From positions 12,002 through 76,001 of the forward strand of contig CANLMR010000011.1 of assembly GCA_947492185.1 (NCBI GenBank): a stretch of DNA of 64,000 bases. Direction: 5' to 3'. Position numbers and translations under genes: made by a program. This stretch comes from an uncultured Tenacibaculum sp. (GTDB lineage: Bacteria > Bacteroidota > Bacteroidia > Flavobacteriales > Flavobacteriaceae). Below the pieces are notes generated by a model. That model did no database searches. It saw only the letters and a program-made list of their open reading frames with translations, and was not told the origin of the DNA. Of this stretch, positions 19,170-28,928 are shown piece after piece (the stretch's first letter is position 1; each line of letters starts with the position of its first letter).

Positions 19170-19862
19170 TTAATTATCTTCTAAAGAGAAATTAATTGGG
19201 AATCCGTATTTTACAGAAATAGCTTCACCGTTATTAGTAGCTGGTGTAAACTTAGGTAGGTTAGAAACTACTCTAATAGCTTCATCTTTTAACAATTTGC
19301 CACCTTTTGGTCCTAATGCTTTAATATTAGTAACATTTCCGTCTTTGTCTATGATAAAACGAACCCAAACTTCACCTTCAATTTTATTTACTAATGCTTC
19401 ATCAGGATATTCGAAATATTCTTGGATATGTTTCATCATTTCAGTATTAAAACAATTGAATTGATCATCTGTTTTATTACAATTAGGAAAGGCTGGGATT
19501 TTATCAACAATATTAAATTTTAAAGCACTTCTAACTTCTTCTTTTGATAATCTGTTAGTAAGGGCAGCCAAATTAGTTTTGAATTTTGTAGCTTTTGAAA
19601 CGCTAGAAACACCAGAGCTGCTTAAATTTGCATTAGACACAACTTCTTTATTTCTTCTTTTTAAGAAACGTTTGTTAGAAGCAGAAACTCTAACAGCAAT
19701 TTGTCTAGATTTTTTATTGTTTTTTTTATCAACTTCTTTAATAGTACATTTAGTAATACTATTTAAGTCTTCTACAACTTCACTTTTAGTTTCGCATGTT
19801 TCTTTTTGCGCAAAACCTATTGTAGAGAAACTTAATATAAGAATGTATAGTAGTTTTTTCAT
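19170..19862 (-). CDS. TonB C-terminal-domain protein with signal peptide
   Basis: YPDEALVNKIEGEVWVRFIIDKDG, VKYGFPINF; N-terminal CET..DLNSITKC motif shared with 812 and 2064. Confidence 0.85.
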   Translation of the reverse strand: MKKLLYILILSFSTIGFAQKETCETKSEVVEDLNSITKCTIKEVDKKNNKKSRQIAVRVSASNKRFLKRRNKEVVSNANLSSSGVSSVSKATKFKTNLAALTNRLSKEEVRSALKFNIVDKIPAFPNCNKTDDQFNCFNTEMMKHIQEYFEYPDEALVNKIEGEVWVRFIIDKDGNVTNIKALGPKGGKLLKDEAIRVVSNLPKFTPATNNGEAISVKYGFPINFSLEDN

Positions 19863-19997
19863 TGGGTCTAGTTTTACATTTAGATTCTTACATCAACTTT
19901 TATCAATATATTAAAATTAATCGATAAAAAAAGATTTCCTTACAAAAAAACGACATTTTATTGATAATATTTTAAAATATCGATTATTGGTTCTTTT

Positions 19998-21080
19998 TTA
20001 ACTTTTATTGGTACTATTTAAAAGATTATTTGCGGCATTAAAAGGCGTAGTTTTTCCTGCTTCTAGGTTTTTTATCTCTTTATCAAGTAGTTTTTTGATA
20101 ATAGGATTGTTATAAAATCTGCTTTTCAGTTGATCATTAATTGTAGAAAATAACCAGTGTTTATTTTGATCATTTCGTCTTTTTTGAAAAGAACCAGATT
20201 TTGTAGTAGTTTGAATATAATCAGATATCATTTTGTAAATATCATCTATTCCTGAATTATGAAGTGCACTAGCAACCATTACTTTTGGTTGCCAACCGTT
20301 CTCTTTTGGAGGGTATAAATGAAGCGCACGATTGAATTCAACTTTGGCAATTTTTGCATTTTTAACGTTATCTCCATCTGCCTTGTTAATAACAATAGAA
20401 TCAGCCATTTCAATAATTCCTCTTTTTATACCTTGGAGTTCATCTCCGGCTCCAGAAAGTTTCAATAATAAGAAAAAATCTACCATAGCATGAACAGCAG
20501 TTTCACTTTGTCCCACACCAACGGTTTCGACTATAATTGTATCAAAACCTGCTGCTTCACATAGTAAAATACTTTCTTTCGTTTTTTGTGCAACCCCACC
20601 TAATGAGGTTCCAGAAGGAGAAGGTCTAATGAAAGCATTTTTATCTGTAACTAATTGTTCCATTCTAGTTTTATCACCCAAAATACTTCCATTATTTATA
20701 GAACTACTAGGATCTACAGCAAGAACGGCTACTTTTTTACCCAATCCTGTAAGATGCTTTCCAAAAGCTTCGATAAATGTACTTTTTCCAACTCCAGGAA
20801 CACCAGTAATACCAATTCTTATAGATTTATTAGCATATGGAATACATGCATTTAAAATTTCATTAGCTTTTTCTTGATGCTTAACATTTGTACTTTCAAT
20901 TAAAGTAATGGCTCTACTCAAAAAAGTAATATCACCAGCTAAGATTTTTTCTATAAAAGTTGAAGTTGATGCTTGCTTTCTTCTACTCAATTTAATTTTA
21001 TTGGCAGAAGATTTACTTGTAGTTTCTGGTTGTGAAACTCCTTCTTTTTCGGATAAGTTTGATTTAGAATCCTTTGTCAT
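19998..21080 (-). CDS. meaB: Methylmalonyl-CoA mutase-associated GTPase
   Basis: IGITGVPGVGKSTFIE, LAVDPSS, GSILGDKTRM, ETVGVGQSE, GDELQGIKRG. Confidence 0.95.
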   Translation of the reverse strand: MTKDSKSNLSEKEGVSQPETTSKSSANKIKLSRRKQASTSTFIEKILAGDITFLSRAITLIESTNVKHQEKANEILNACIPYANKSIRIGITGVPGVGKSTFIEAFGKHLTGLGKKVAVLAVDPSSSINNGSILGDKTRMEQLVTDKNAFIRPSPSGTSLGGVAQKTKESILLCEAAGFDTIIVETVGVGQSETAVHAMVDFFLLLKLSGAGDELQGIKRGIIEMADSIVINKADGDNVKNAKIAKVEFNRALHLYPPKENGWQPKVMVASALHNSGIDDIYKMISDYIQTTTKSGSFQKRRNDQNKHWLFSTINDQLKSRFYNNPIIKKLLDKEIKNLEAGKTTPFNAANNLLNSTNKS

Positions 21081-21182
21081 TAATTACACTAGTAAAAAGG
21101 TATTTGTAAATTTAAAGATAAAAAAGTTGATAAAATGCAACGTCAAGAAAAAACTATCGTCTTTAAGATAAGAAATCAATAA

Positions 21183-21740
21183 ATGAGATCAACTAAGCAA
21201 TTACATCATAAGCTCATTAAAGAGTGTAAGAATCAAAATGCAAAGGCGCAAATGCAATTGTATAAAACTTATGCAAAAGGAATGCTTTTGGTGGCAAATA
21301 GATATATGAAAGATATTCATTTGGCAGAAGATGTAATGCAAGATGCTTTTATTAAGGCTTTTAAAAATATTGAGAGTTATAAAGAAGAAGTCTCATTTGG
21401 TGCTTGGTTGAAGAGAATAGTAATTAACCAAAGTATTGATGAGTTAAAGAAAAATAAACTGGCTATGGTATCTATTAACGATGAAGTTTTAAATGTTGTT
21501 GATGATGGAAATTGGGAAGTTAATGATGAAGTGACATCAGAAATGGTTATCAATACGATTAACAAACAAAAAGACAAGTATAGATTAGTATTGACTTTGT
21601 ATTTAATTGAGGGATACGATCATAGTGAAATATCTCAAATATTAGGAATAACAGAAGTTACTTCTAGAACTCACTTAATGAGAGGAAAGAAATTAGTTAA
21701 AGAACAATTAAAAATGACGAATCATGCCGAAGGATATTAG
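21183..21740 (+). CDS. ECF sigma factor
   Basis: AEDVMQDAFIKAF, FGAWLKRIVINQSID, YLIEGYDHSEI. Confidence 0.93.
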   Translation: MRSTKQLHHKLIKECKNQNAKAQMQLYKTYAKGMLLVANRYMKDIHLAEDVMQDAFIKAFKNIESYKEEVSFGAWLKRIVINQSIDELKKNKLAMVSINDEVLNVVDDGNWEVNDEVTSEMVINTINKQKDKYRLVLTLYLIEGYDHSEISQILGITEVTSRTHLMRGKKLVKEQLKMTNHAEGY

Positions 21741-22281
21741 AAATTTAGCAAAAGATTTTCAACATCAATCAGTTGAGTTATCTGATAATCATGAAGATAA
21801 ATTCTTGAAAAAACTTCAAGAAGAGATGCCTAGTAAAAAGAAATCCTACAGATGGATTTATGTGGCTGCATCTATAATCATATTGTTAAGTTTTGGAATT
21901 AAGTTTTATCCAGATATTAATTCTGTTGATCCAAATCCAAAAAAGAATACTATAGAACAAGTAGTGAATTTAGGTGATATATCACCAGAAATGCAAAAAA
22001 TAGAAAATTACTACCTAACCGCTATTAATTATGAAATAGCTAGTTTAGAAGTTACTCCAGAAAATAAGGCCTTATTAGATGAGTATTTTGAGAGGATAAG
22101 TAAGTTAGATGCAGATTACAAACGTTTAAACCAAAAGCTTAAAAAAGAAGGTGTAAACAACGAAACAATCAATGCATTAATTACCAATCTTCAATTACGT
22201 TTACAATTATTAATTCAGTTAAAAGATCAAGTTATTGATCTACAATCAAAAAAGAATAAAAATGAGAGTTTTACCATATAA
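21724..22281 (+). CDS. Putative anti-sigma factor
   Basis: HEDKFLKKL, single TM, LGDISPEMQKIENYY, NLQLRL; overlaps the sigma gene. Confidence 0.7.
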   Translation: MPKDIRNLAKDFQHQSVELSDNHEDKFLKKLQEEMPSKKKSYRWIYVAASIIILLSFGIKFYPDINSVDPNPKKNTIEQVVNLGDISPEMQKIENYYLTAINYEIASLEVTPENKALLDEYFERISKLDADYKRLNQKLKKEGVNNETINALITNLQLRLQLLIQLKDQVIDLQSKKNKNESFTI

Positions 22282-23236
22282 ATTAGTGATATTGTCGATC
22301 TTTTCTTTAGTTCAATTATGCGCTCAAAAGAGGGATTTTAAAGAAGAGTTTAATGTGAAATCTGATGTTGTTATAGATATTAATACACGACACTCAGATA
22401 TAGAGATAGAAACATGGAATAAAGATAAAGTTGTTGTAGAAGCCTTTATGATTGTAGATGGAGAAGAAGTTACAGAAGAAATGCGTGACAAATTCTATAA
22501 AAAATGGGATTTTGATGCTTACGGAAATAGTTCAAAAGTTACTGTAAAGTCAAGAACTAATTCATCTATTATAGATATTAATACATTTAATTTCGATACA
22601 CCAAATTATAATTATTTTAATGGAGACTTAATAGATCTTTCGTTAGGAAGTTTAGATATACTAGATTCAATTGATTTTTCAGGAATAAATGATTTTGTAA
22701 TAATTCCAGAAATTGAATTGCCTGCACTTCCAGAAATGCCCCCATTACCACCGTTACCACCGTTACCAAGTGAGTTTGATTTTGACGAATACAAAAAGGA
22801 TAAAAATTATTTAAATCGTTGGAAGGAGAAAAACAAAAATGTAATTGGTAAAAATGCTGAGGTAACTATAGGTAAAAATTCAATTTCTATTAAAACAGAT
22901 GATGATACTGATATTACTATGTTAAAGGAAAAAGAGAAGTATCAAAAAGAAATAGAAAAGGCAAGAGAGTTATATAATACAGAACGTTTAAAAGCAAGAG
23001 AAGCATATAAGAAAGCTAGAAAAATTCACAAGGAAAAAAGAAAGAAAGATTTGCGTAAGAAAAAAGAAGATTATAGAGAATTAATCAAAAAATATTCAAA
23101 AGATCGAAAAGAAATTCAAAGTCTATTGAAAAAAAGAAGTAAGTTAAAAATTAAAAGATTGATAAAAATTAAAGCGCCAAAAGATGCCAAATTTAACATG
23201 AATGTTAAGTATGGAGCTTTAAGTTTTTCAAAATAA
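22262..23236 (+). CDS. Secreted hypothetical protein (DUF4097/adhesin-like N-terminus, Pro-rich linker, charged coil)
   Basis: Signal peptide (LCAQ); IEIETWNKDKV; LPALPEMPPLPPLPPLP. Confidence 0.65.
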   Translation: MRVLPYKLVILSIFSLVQLCAQKRDFKEEFNVKSDVVIDINTRHSDIEIETWNKDKVVVEAFMIVDGEEVTEEMRDKFYKKWDFDAYGNSSKVTVKSRTNSSIIDINTFNFDTPNYNYFNGDLIDLSLGSLDILDSIDFSGINDFVIIPEIELPALPEMPPLPPLPPLPSEFDFDEYKKDKNYLNRWKEKNKNVIGKNAEVTIGKNSISIKTDDDTDITMLKEKEKYQKEIEKARELYNTERLKAREAYKKARKIHKEKRKKDLRKKKEDYRELIKKYSKDRKEIQSLLKKRSKLKIKRLIKIKAPKDAKFNMNVKYGALSFSK

Positions 23237-23241
23237 GAGAA

Positions 23242-23679
23242 ATGAAAAAAACGTTAATCATTGTATTATTAAGTATAACTATCGGGGTTAGTAGTCAAGA
23301 AACTGCTAATCCCGATAAAGCAATTGGATTTTCTTGTTATTTTGCTGGAACTCCAACAAAAATTGTTGATGAGTTATCGAGTCTTTTGAAAGAAAAAAAA
23401 ATCAAGGATTTGAAGAGTAAATTATTCGATAAAAGAATTGAATATCAAACCTTATCAGCTTTAATTATTAATGAATTGCTAATTAATAATAAAATAGAAT
23501 TAACCTTAAAAGAAAAAGAACTTTTAAGTAAAATCAAAAGCTTAGAAGACAAAATTTCTATTTGTTCTGGATGTACAATATTAAAAACAGTTCAAGTGAA
23601 ATCTCTATTTGATAATTCGATAATTAAAAACCAATTAAACTTTTCTTTTTGGTTCAATAATCTCCATAAAACATTATAA
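23242..23679 (+). CDS. Secreted hypothetical protein
   Basis: Signal peptide; GFSCYFAG and CSGCT Cys motifs. Confidence 0.6.
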   Translation: MKKTLIIVLLSITIGVSSQETANPDKAIGFSCYFAGTPTKIVDELSSLLKEKKIKDLKSKLFDKRIEYQTLSALIINELLINNKIELTLKEKELLSKIKSLEDKISICSGCTILKTVQVKSLFDNSIIKNQLNFSFWFNNLHKTL

Positions 23680-23732
23680 ATTCTTTTTAAAAAAGTACCT
23701 ATATTTACACTTTAAAATAGTGTAATTATTTC

Positions 23733-25214
23733 ATGGAGCTATACAAAGAAAATCAACTAAAAATATACAATTCACTTTCTAAATCTAAAGAAAATTTTAA
23801 GCCTGTAATAGAAGGAAGAGTAGGAATGTATGTATGTGGACCAACTGTATACAGTAATGTACATTTAGGAAACTTAAGAACATTCATGTCTTTCGATATG
23901 GTTTTTAGATATCTATTACATTTAGGTTATAAAGTGCGTTATGTTCGTAATATTACTGATGCTGGACATTTAGAAAGCGATGCTGAAGAAGGAGAAGATA
24001 AGATAGCGAAAAAAGCACGCTTAGAAGAAATTGAGCCAATGGAAGTTGTTCAACGCTATACAGTTGATTTTCATGAAGTAACTGCTAAGTATAATTTTTT
24101 ACCACCAAGTATAGAACCAACTGCTACAGGTCATATAGTAGAACAAATTGAAATGATAAAGGAAATCATGGATAAAGGTTTTGCATATGAAGTAAATGGA
24201 TCTGTATATTTTGATGTAATAAAATATAATGAAGCAGGAAATAATTATGGAATACTTTCAGGAAGAAATATAGAAGATGCTATACATAATACTAGAGCTT
24301 TAGATGGACAATCGGAGAAGAAAAGCCCACAAGATTTTGCTCTATGGAAAAAAGCTGATGAACGTCATATTATGCGTTGGCCTTCACCTTGGAGTGAAGG
24401 GTTTCCTGGTTGGCATTTAGAATGTTCTGTGATGAGTTCTAAATATTTAGGAGAGCAAATTGATATTCATGGAGGTGGTATGGATCTTAAATTTCCACAT
24501 CACGAATGTGAAATTGCACAATCGCATACATGTTCTGGAGTTCAACCAGTAAATTATTGGATGCATGCAAATATGCTGTTGTTAAACGGACAAAAAATGT
24601 CTAAATCTACTGGAAATAGTATTTTACCAGATGAAATTTTATCTGGGAATAATACAATTTTAAGTAAAGCTTTTGGAGCTGGAGTTGTTCGTTTTTTTGC
24701 AATGCAAGCGCATTATAGAAGTATTTTAGATTTCTCTAATGATGCATTATTAGCTTCAGAAAAAGGATACAATAAGTTGATGGAAGCTATGAGTATTTTA
24801 AAAGAGTTAAAAGTATCAAAAGCATCAAGTTTTGATGTTGAAACATGGAAACAGAAGTGTTACGATGCTATGAATGATGATTTCAATACTCCCATTTTAA
24901 TCGCAAATATGTTTGAAGCGGTTAAATTTATCAATCAGGTTAAGGATAATAAAGGAACAATTACAGGTAAAGATTTAGAGTTGTTAAGCGCAACTTTGAA
25001 TTCTTTTATATATGATATATTAGGATTAATAAATGATTCAAAAGAACAAAGTTCAGATAAATTAGGAGGAGTAGTTGAGTTACTAATAAAGTTGAGGAAA
25101 GAAGCTAGAGACAATAAAAATTGGGCATTATCTGATCAAATTCGTGATGAACTAGCTGAATTAGGAATTCAACTAAAAGACGGACGAGAAGGAACTACTT
25201 TTTCTGTAAATTAA
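23733..25214 (+). CDS. cysS: Cysteinyl-tRNA synthetase
   Basis: [46 protein letters not shown]. Confidence 0.98.
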   Translation: MELYKENQLKIYNSLSKSKENFKPVIEGRVGMYVCGPTVYSNVHLGNLRTFMSFDMVFRYLLHLGYKVRYVRNITDAGHLESDAEEGEDKIAKKARLEEIEPMEVVQRYTVDFHEVTAKYNFLPPSIEPTATGHIVEQIEMIKEIMDKGFAYEVNGSVYFDVIKYNEAGNNYGILSGRNIEDAIHNTRALDGQSEKKSPQDFALWKKADERHIMRWPSPWSEGFPGWHLECSVMSSKYLGEQIDIHGGGMDLKFPHHECEIAQSHTCSGVQPVNYWMHANMLLLNGQKMSKSTGNSILPDEILSGNNTILSKAFGAGVVRFFAMQAHYRSILDFSNDALLASEKGYNKLMEAMSILKELKVSKASSFDVETWKQKCYDAMNDDFNTPILIANMFEAVKFINQVKDNKGTITGKDLELLSATLNSFIYDILGLINDSKEQSSDKLGGVVELLIKLRKEARDNKNWALSDQIRDELAELGIQLKDGREGTTFSVN

Positions 25215-25218
25215 TATC

Positions 25219-25464
25219 TTGAAAAAAATACTTGCATATCCATTTATACTATTAATTCGTTTTTATCAAACGGCGATTTCACCATTTACTCCAGCAACTT
25301 GTAGGTATAACCCTACATGTTCTGCTTATTCTTTAGAAGCACTAAAAAAGCATGGTGTGTTTTATGGAGGATGGTTGGCAATGAAACGAATTTTTAGTTG
25401 TCATCCTTGGGGAGGAAGTGGTTATGATCCTGTACCAGAAAAGAAACAAAAAACTAAACTTTAA
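25219..25464 (+). CDS. yidD: Membrane protein insertion efficiency factor
   Basis: [30 protein letters not shown]. Confidence 0.95.
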   Translation: MKKILAYPFILLIRFYQTAISPFTPATCRYNPTCSAYSLEALKKHGVFYGGWLAMKRIFSCHPWGGSGYDPVPEKKQKTKL

Positions 25465-25470
25465 CGATAC

Positions 25471-26325
25471 ATGAATTTTTTAGCAATTACATGGGATTGG
25501 AATCCTGAAATTTTTAACATTGGCGGATTTAGTATCCGTTGGTATAGTTTAATGTTTATCATTGCTTTTATTTTAGGGTTGCAACTAATGAAGAAAATTT
25601 ATACAGAGGATAAGATATCTCTTGAAAAAATGGATCCTTTGTTTATGTATACGTTTGTTTCCATGTTAATTGGAATGCGATTAGGGGAAGTTTTCTTTTA
25701 TAGCTGGGCAGATTATCAAAATAACCTACTTCAAATTATTTTACCTTTTAGAAAGCAAGAAGGAGCAGAAATGTTATTCGGTTTAGTTAAAGGATGGAAA
25801 TTTACTGGTATTTCCGGGTTTGCTAGTCATGGAGCAGCAATTGCAATTCCAATAGCTTTATACTTTTATGCAAAAAAGCATTTACAAAAATCATGGTTAT
25901 TTATTCTTGATAGAATGGGGATTATGGTTGCTTTAGCTGGATTCTTCATTAGAATGGGAAATTTCTTTAATTCTGAAATTTATGGAAAGCCAACAGGTTC
26001 AAGTTTTGGAGTAATATTTAAAAGAGCAGGAGAAAAAGTTCCATGTCATCCAACTCAGATATATGAAGCTTTTAGTTATCTAGTATTGTTTTTTATTTTA
26101 TGGAGATTATATTGGAAAACTGATAAGAAGCAAAAAGAAGGATATTTATTCGGAGTCTTTATGATTGCACTTTGGTCTCTACGATTTGTAATTGAGTTTA
26201 TAAAGAAACCACAAGTACACGAAAGGGGAGAGTGGGCTTTAAACACAGGACAATGGTTAAGTATTCCTTTAGTGTTAATTGGAGTTTGGCTGGTGTTGAG
26301 AAAAACTAAAGCTAAGACAGAATAA
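25471..26325 (+). CDS. lgt: Prolipoprotein diacylglyceryl transferase
   Basis: IRWYS, GMRLG, FASHG, RMGNFFNSEIYG, HPTQIYE. Confidence 0.96.
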   Translation: MNFLAITWDWNPEIFNIGGFSIRWYSLMFIIAFILGLQLMKKIYTEDKISLEKMDPLFMYTFVSMLIGMRLGEVFFYSWADYQNNLLQIILPFRKQEGAEMLFGLVKGWKFTGISGFASHGAAIAIPIALYFYAKKHLQKSWLFILDRMGIMVALAGFFIRMGNFFNSEIYGKPTGSSFGVIFKRAGEKVPCHPTQIYEAFSYLVLFFILWRLYWKTDKKQKEGYLFGVFMIALWSLRFVIEFIKKPQVHERGEWALNTGQWLSIPLVLIGVWLVLRKTKAKTE

Positions 26326-26374
26326 TCGTTTTAAAATAAATTCTGAATAAAATATTCTAGTTCTATTTCTTTAG

Positions 26375-26473
26375 GAACTTCCAATTTTTTACGAATTCTA
26401 TAGCGTAGTTTACATTGTTCGATTAGAAGTTGATGGAAAAGTAATTAATAAGAAAGTAATATTTGAAAAGTAA
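26375..26473 (+). pseudogene. Remnant resembling the end of a T9SS C-terminal sorting domain
   Basis: In-frame ELPIFYEFYSVVYIVRLEVDGKVINKKVIFEK*, no start codon, TAG at 26372. Confidence 0.55.
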
Positions 26474-26481
26474 TTAAGATA

Positions 26482-26592
26482 CTGTCATTGCGAATGTAGA
26501 GAAGCGTAATGAAGCAACTTTTTATTTTCTGAACTAAATTCAAAATAAAGAAAATAAGATTACTTCGTCGTTATCACTCATCGCAATGACGG
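26482..26592. repeat. REP-like inverted doublet (CGTC-type, REPIN/MITE-like)
   Basis: GTCATTGCGA (26484-26493) and TCGCAATGAC (26581-26590), plus imperfect inner arms gaagcaactttttattttct / agaaaataagattacttc. Confidence 0.75.
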
Positions 26593-26610
26593 ATTTAATT
26601 CATAATAAAA

Positions 26611-26784
26611 ATGAAGAAATTAAATCAAATCAAAAACAAAGAAACGATCACCAGAAAAGAAGCATTACAAAAAATAGGTGATTATGGAAAATATTCAGTA
26701 TTAACAGCTTTAGGAACTTACTTAATTTTAAACCCTAAAAAGGCACAAGCTGCTTCCCCAGAAGCACCTGGAGATGGGTTTTAA
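26611..26784 (+). CDS. 57-aa secreted micro-peptide precursor (not in ORF track)
   Basis: MKKLNQIKNKETITRKEALQKIGDYGKYSVLTALGTYLILNPKKAQAASPEAPGDGF; own terminator 5 nt after the stop. Confidence 0.8.
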   Translation: MKKLNQIKNKETITRKEALQKIGDYGKYSVLTALGTYLILNPKKAQAASPEAPGDGF

Positions 26785-26789
26785 ATTTT

Positions 26790-26820
26790 AAAAGGAGTAA
26801 CATTTTGTTACTCCTTTTTT
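26790..26820 (+). terminator. Intrinsic terminator of the micro-peptide gene
   Basis: aaaaggagtaaca-ttt-tgttactcctttt plus T-run. Confidence 0.8.
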
Positions 26821-26920
26821 AGTACGTTATTTTTTGTTAATTTTCAATTTAGAATTTCATTAGCATTATTGAAATTGTAGATAACCTAAACTAATTACTA
26901 ACTTACTAAAACACAGATCT

Positions 26921-28783
26921 ATGAAAAAATATATTTTCTTCATGATCTTTTTGGGAATTACCAATTTTAGTTTTACCCAAAACAAAATAGAATCATTACA
27001 AAAAAAATTAAATAAAGTATCTGAAGTAAAAGATCAGATAGCGATTTTAGATACTTTAACTACCGAAATGGTTAGGAATAATCATCCTGAGCAGAATAAA
27101 TTCCTAAATAAAATAGTTTTATTGTCTAAAGAAAATGACAATTATGATTTAGCAGCTGAAAAATCTCGATTTATCATACAAGCCTACACAAATAAAGGAC
27201 AATTAGATTCCGCATTGTATGTAATAGAATCAATGTTAAAAGGAAAACCAAAATTTAAAAAGAAAAGTTCAGAAGCTCATTTATTACTAAAAAGAGCATC
27301 TTATTATTACAATAATGAAAAGCTTGATAAAGCTGTTCAAGATTATGATGTTTCAGCAAATTTATTTTTAGAAAGTAAAGATTCAATATTTGCTGCTGAT
27401 GCTAGGTTTTTTGCGGGTCAGGCGTATTTCGATATCAATGATTTTTTAAAGAGTGTCAAGCGTTTTGAAGAAGCATATTTTTTATACGATACTTTAGGAG
27501 ATAAAGATTATGCAAATTATGCACTTAATGAATTGTCGAGTTTGTATGGAAAAAATGGTTTTCATGATAAAGCAATTTATGAAAGAAAAAGAATTTTACA
27601 AGATGCGAAATCATCAAATAACTGGCATGGTATATTTTACGCTTATTCTCATTTATTTACTTCTTTTTATAAAAAGAATCAGATAGGAATAGCTAAGAAA
27701 TATTTGGACTCTATGGTTATTTCCCAAAATAAGATAGAAAACGAAAGAGGAAAAAGAGAATCAGAATTACATGTGTCTAAAATGTTTACTAAATATTATT
27801 TGAAAACTAATAATTTAGATAGCGCATCCATCTATTTAAAAGAGTTTGAAAACAAACTGAAAATTGGAAGTAATAGTGCTAAATATAATAGAAATGCATT
27901 TCTGTTATATAGTGCAAGGTTTGCAAAACAGAAAAAGAATTATATAGAATCTCAAAGGTTTTACGAACAGTTATTAGATAAAAACAATAGGGTAGGAGAC
28001 CTACAAATGTTGATAAATGCTAATAAAGAAATCTCTGAAGTACTTGCTGCTCAAAACAAATTTGGAGAATCATATAAGTACTTGAAAAATTTTTCAGATT
28101 TAAAAGAACCTGAAGATTCAAGAATTAAGACGAATACATTTTTGTATTATCAATCTGAGTTTGAAACTCAAAGAAAAGATGCTGAAATTTTTAAAAAGAA
28201 AACGCAAATAACATTACTTGAAAAAGATAGGACGATTTTAGAAACTAATAGAAATCTTTTAAGGGTAGTTTTATTATCAGTTATTTTGCTTTCTATTGTT
28301 ATTGGTTATTTTATTTGGTTAAAAGGAAAATTAAAACGTAAAGCATTAGCTAAAAAACTTGAAAAAAACAAACAAGAACTTAAAGAGTTTACACAACAGC
28401 TTTTAGAGAAAAGTAAAGTTCAAGAGTCGTTAACAAAAGAGTTAGAAAAGTTAAAAGAAGAAATAGGAGAGCAAAAATCCATAGAAAAAATTCATGACTT
28501 AACTACGACTAGAATTTTAACTCCAGATGATTGGTATTTGTTTAAAGAAAAATTTAGCCAAGTCCATCCAACATTTTTTGTTCGATTAAAAAATAAAGGA
28601 TATAAACTTACCAAATCAGAAGAACGATTATTGGCTATGGAAAAGTTGTATTTAGATACAAAACAAATAGCAAGTATGTTAGCTATTTCTAATGATAGTG
28701 TAGTGAGAAGCCGTTCTCGCTTAAGAAAAAAAATTAATGCGCCTAAAGGAAGTTCTATACTTGAATACCTTGAGGCATCGTAA
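26921..28783 (+). CDS. One-component regulator: signal peptide, TPR-like helical sensor, TM helix, coiled coil, LuxR-like HTH
   Basis: TM LLRVVLLSVILLSIVIGYFIWL; ILTPDDWYLFKEKF; LTKSEERLLAMEKL..DTKQIASMLAIS..SV.RSRSRLRKK. Confidence 0.8.
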   Translation: MKKYIFFMIFLGITNFSFTQNKIESLQKKLNKVSEVKDQIAILDTLTTEMVRNNHPEQNKFLNKIVLLSKENDNYDLAAEKSRFIIQAYTNKGQLDSALYVIESMLKGKPKFKKKSSEAHLLLKRASYYYNNEKLDKAVQDYDVSANLFLESKDSIFAADARFFAGQAYFDINDFLKSVKRFEEAYFLYDTLGDKDYANYALNELSSLYGKNGFHDKAIYERKRILQDAKSSNNWHGIFYAYSHLFTSFYKKNQIGIAKKYLDSMVISQNKIENERGKRESELHVSKMFTKYYLKTNNLDSASIYLKEFENKLKIGSNSAKYNRNAFLLYSARFAKQKKNYIESQRFYEQLLDKNNRVGDLQMLINANKEISEVLAAQNKFGESYKYLKNFSDLKEPEDSRIKTNTFLYYQSEFETQRKDAEIFKKKTQITLLEKDRTILETNRNLLRVVLLSVILLSIVIGYFIWLKGKLKRKALAKKLEKNKQELKEFTQQLLEKSKVQESLTKELEKLKEEIGEQKSIEKIHDLTTTRILTPDDWYLFKEKFSQVHPTFFVRLKNKGYKLTKSEERLLAMEKLYLDTKQIASMLAISNDSVVRSRSRLRKKINAPKGSSILEYLEAS

Positions 28784-28813
28784 ATTATAACTAATATTTA
28801 ATTGTTTTTTCTG

Positions 28814-28833
28814 TTTTGTCCGTTTTTTGTCCG
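28814..28833 (+). promoter_or_regulatory. Direct repeat TTTTGTCCG x2, 11-bp period
   Basis: Copies at 28814-28822 and 28825-28833 in otherwise AT-rich DNA. Confidence 0.5.
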
Positions 28834-28928
28834 GGTGATTTTCTTTATTTTTTTTGGTTTAATTATTTCTTTTGTGGTGTCAACAACAATCATTCATAGT
28901 TTACAATACATCCAAAAAAAATAATCAA

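Noticed and set aside
19579-19914. 111-aa plus-strand ORF
   Set aside because: Antisense to the TonB_C gene; mirrors the similar shadows at 1638 and 2482
22730-22770. ccgttacca tandem repeats as a contingency locus or CRISPR-like array
   Set aside because: In-frame 9-nt units encoding PPL; too short, no spacers, no cas genes
28872-28928. GTG-start 79-aa version of the small ORF
   Set aside because: Extension is unstructured; ATG 28929 has an A-rich leader typical of Bacteroidota
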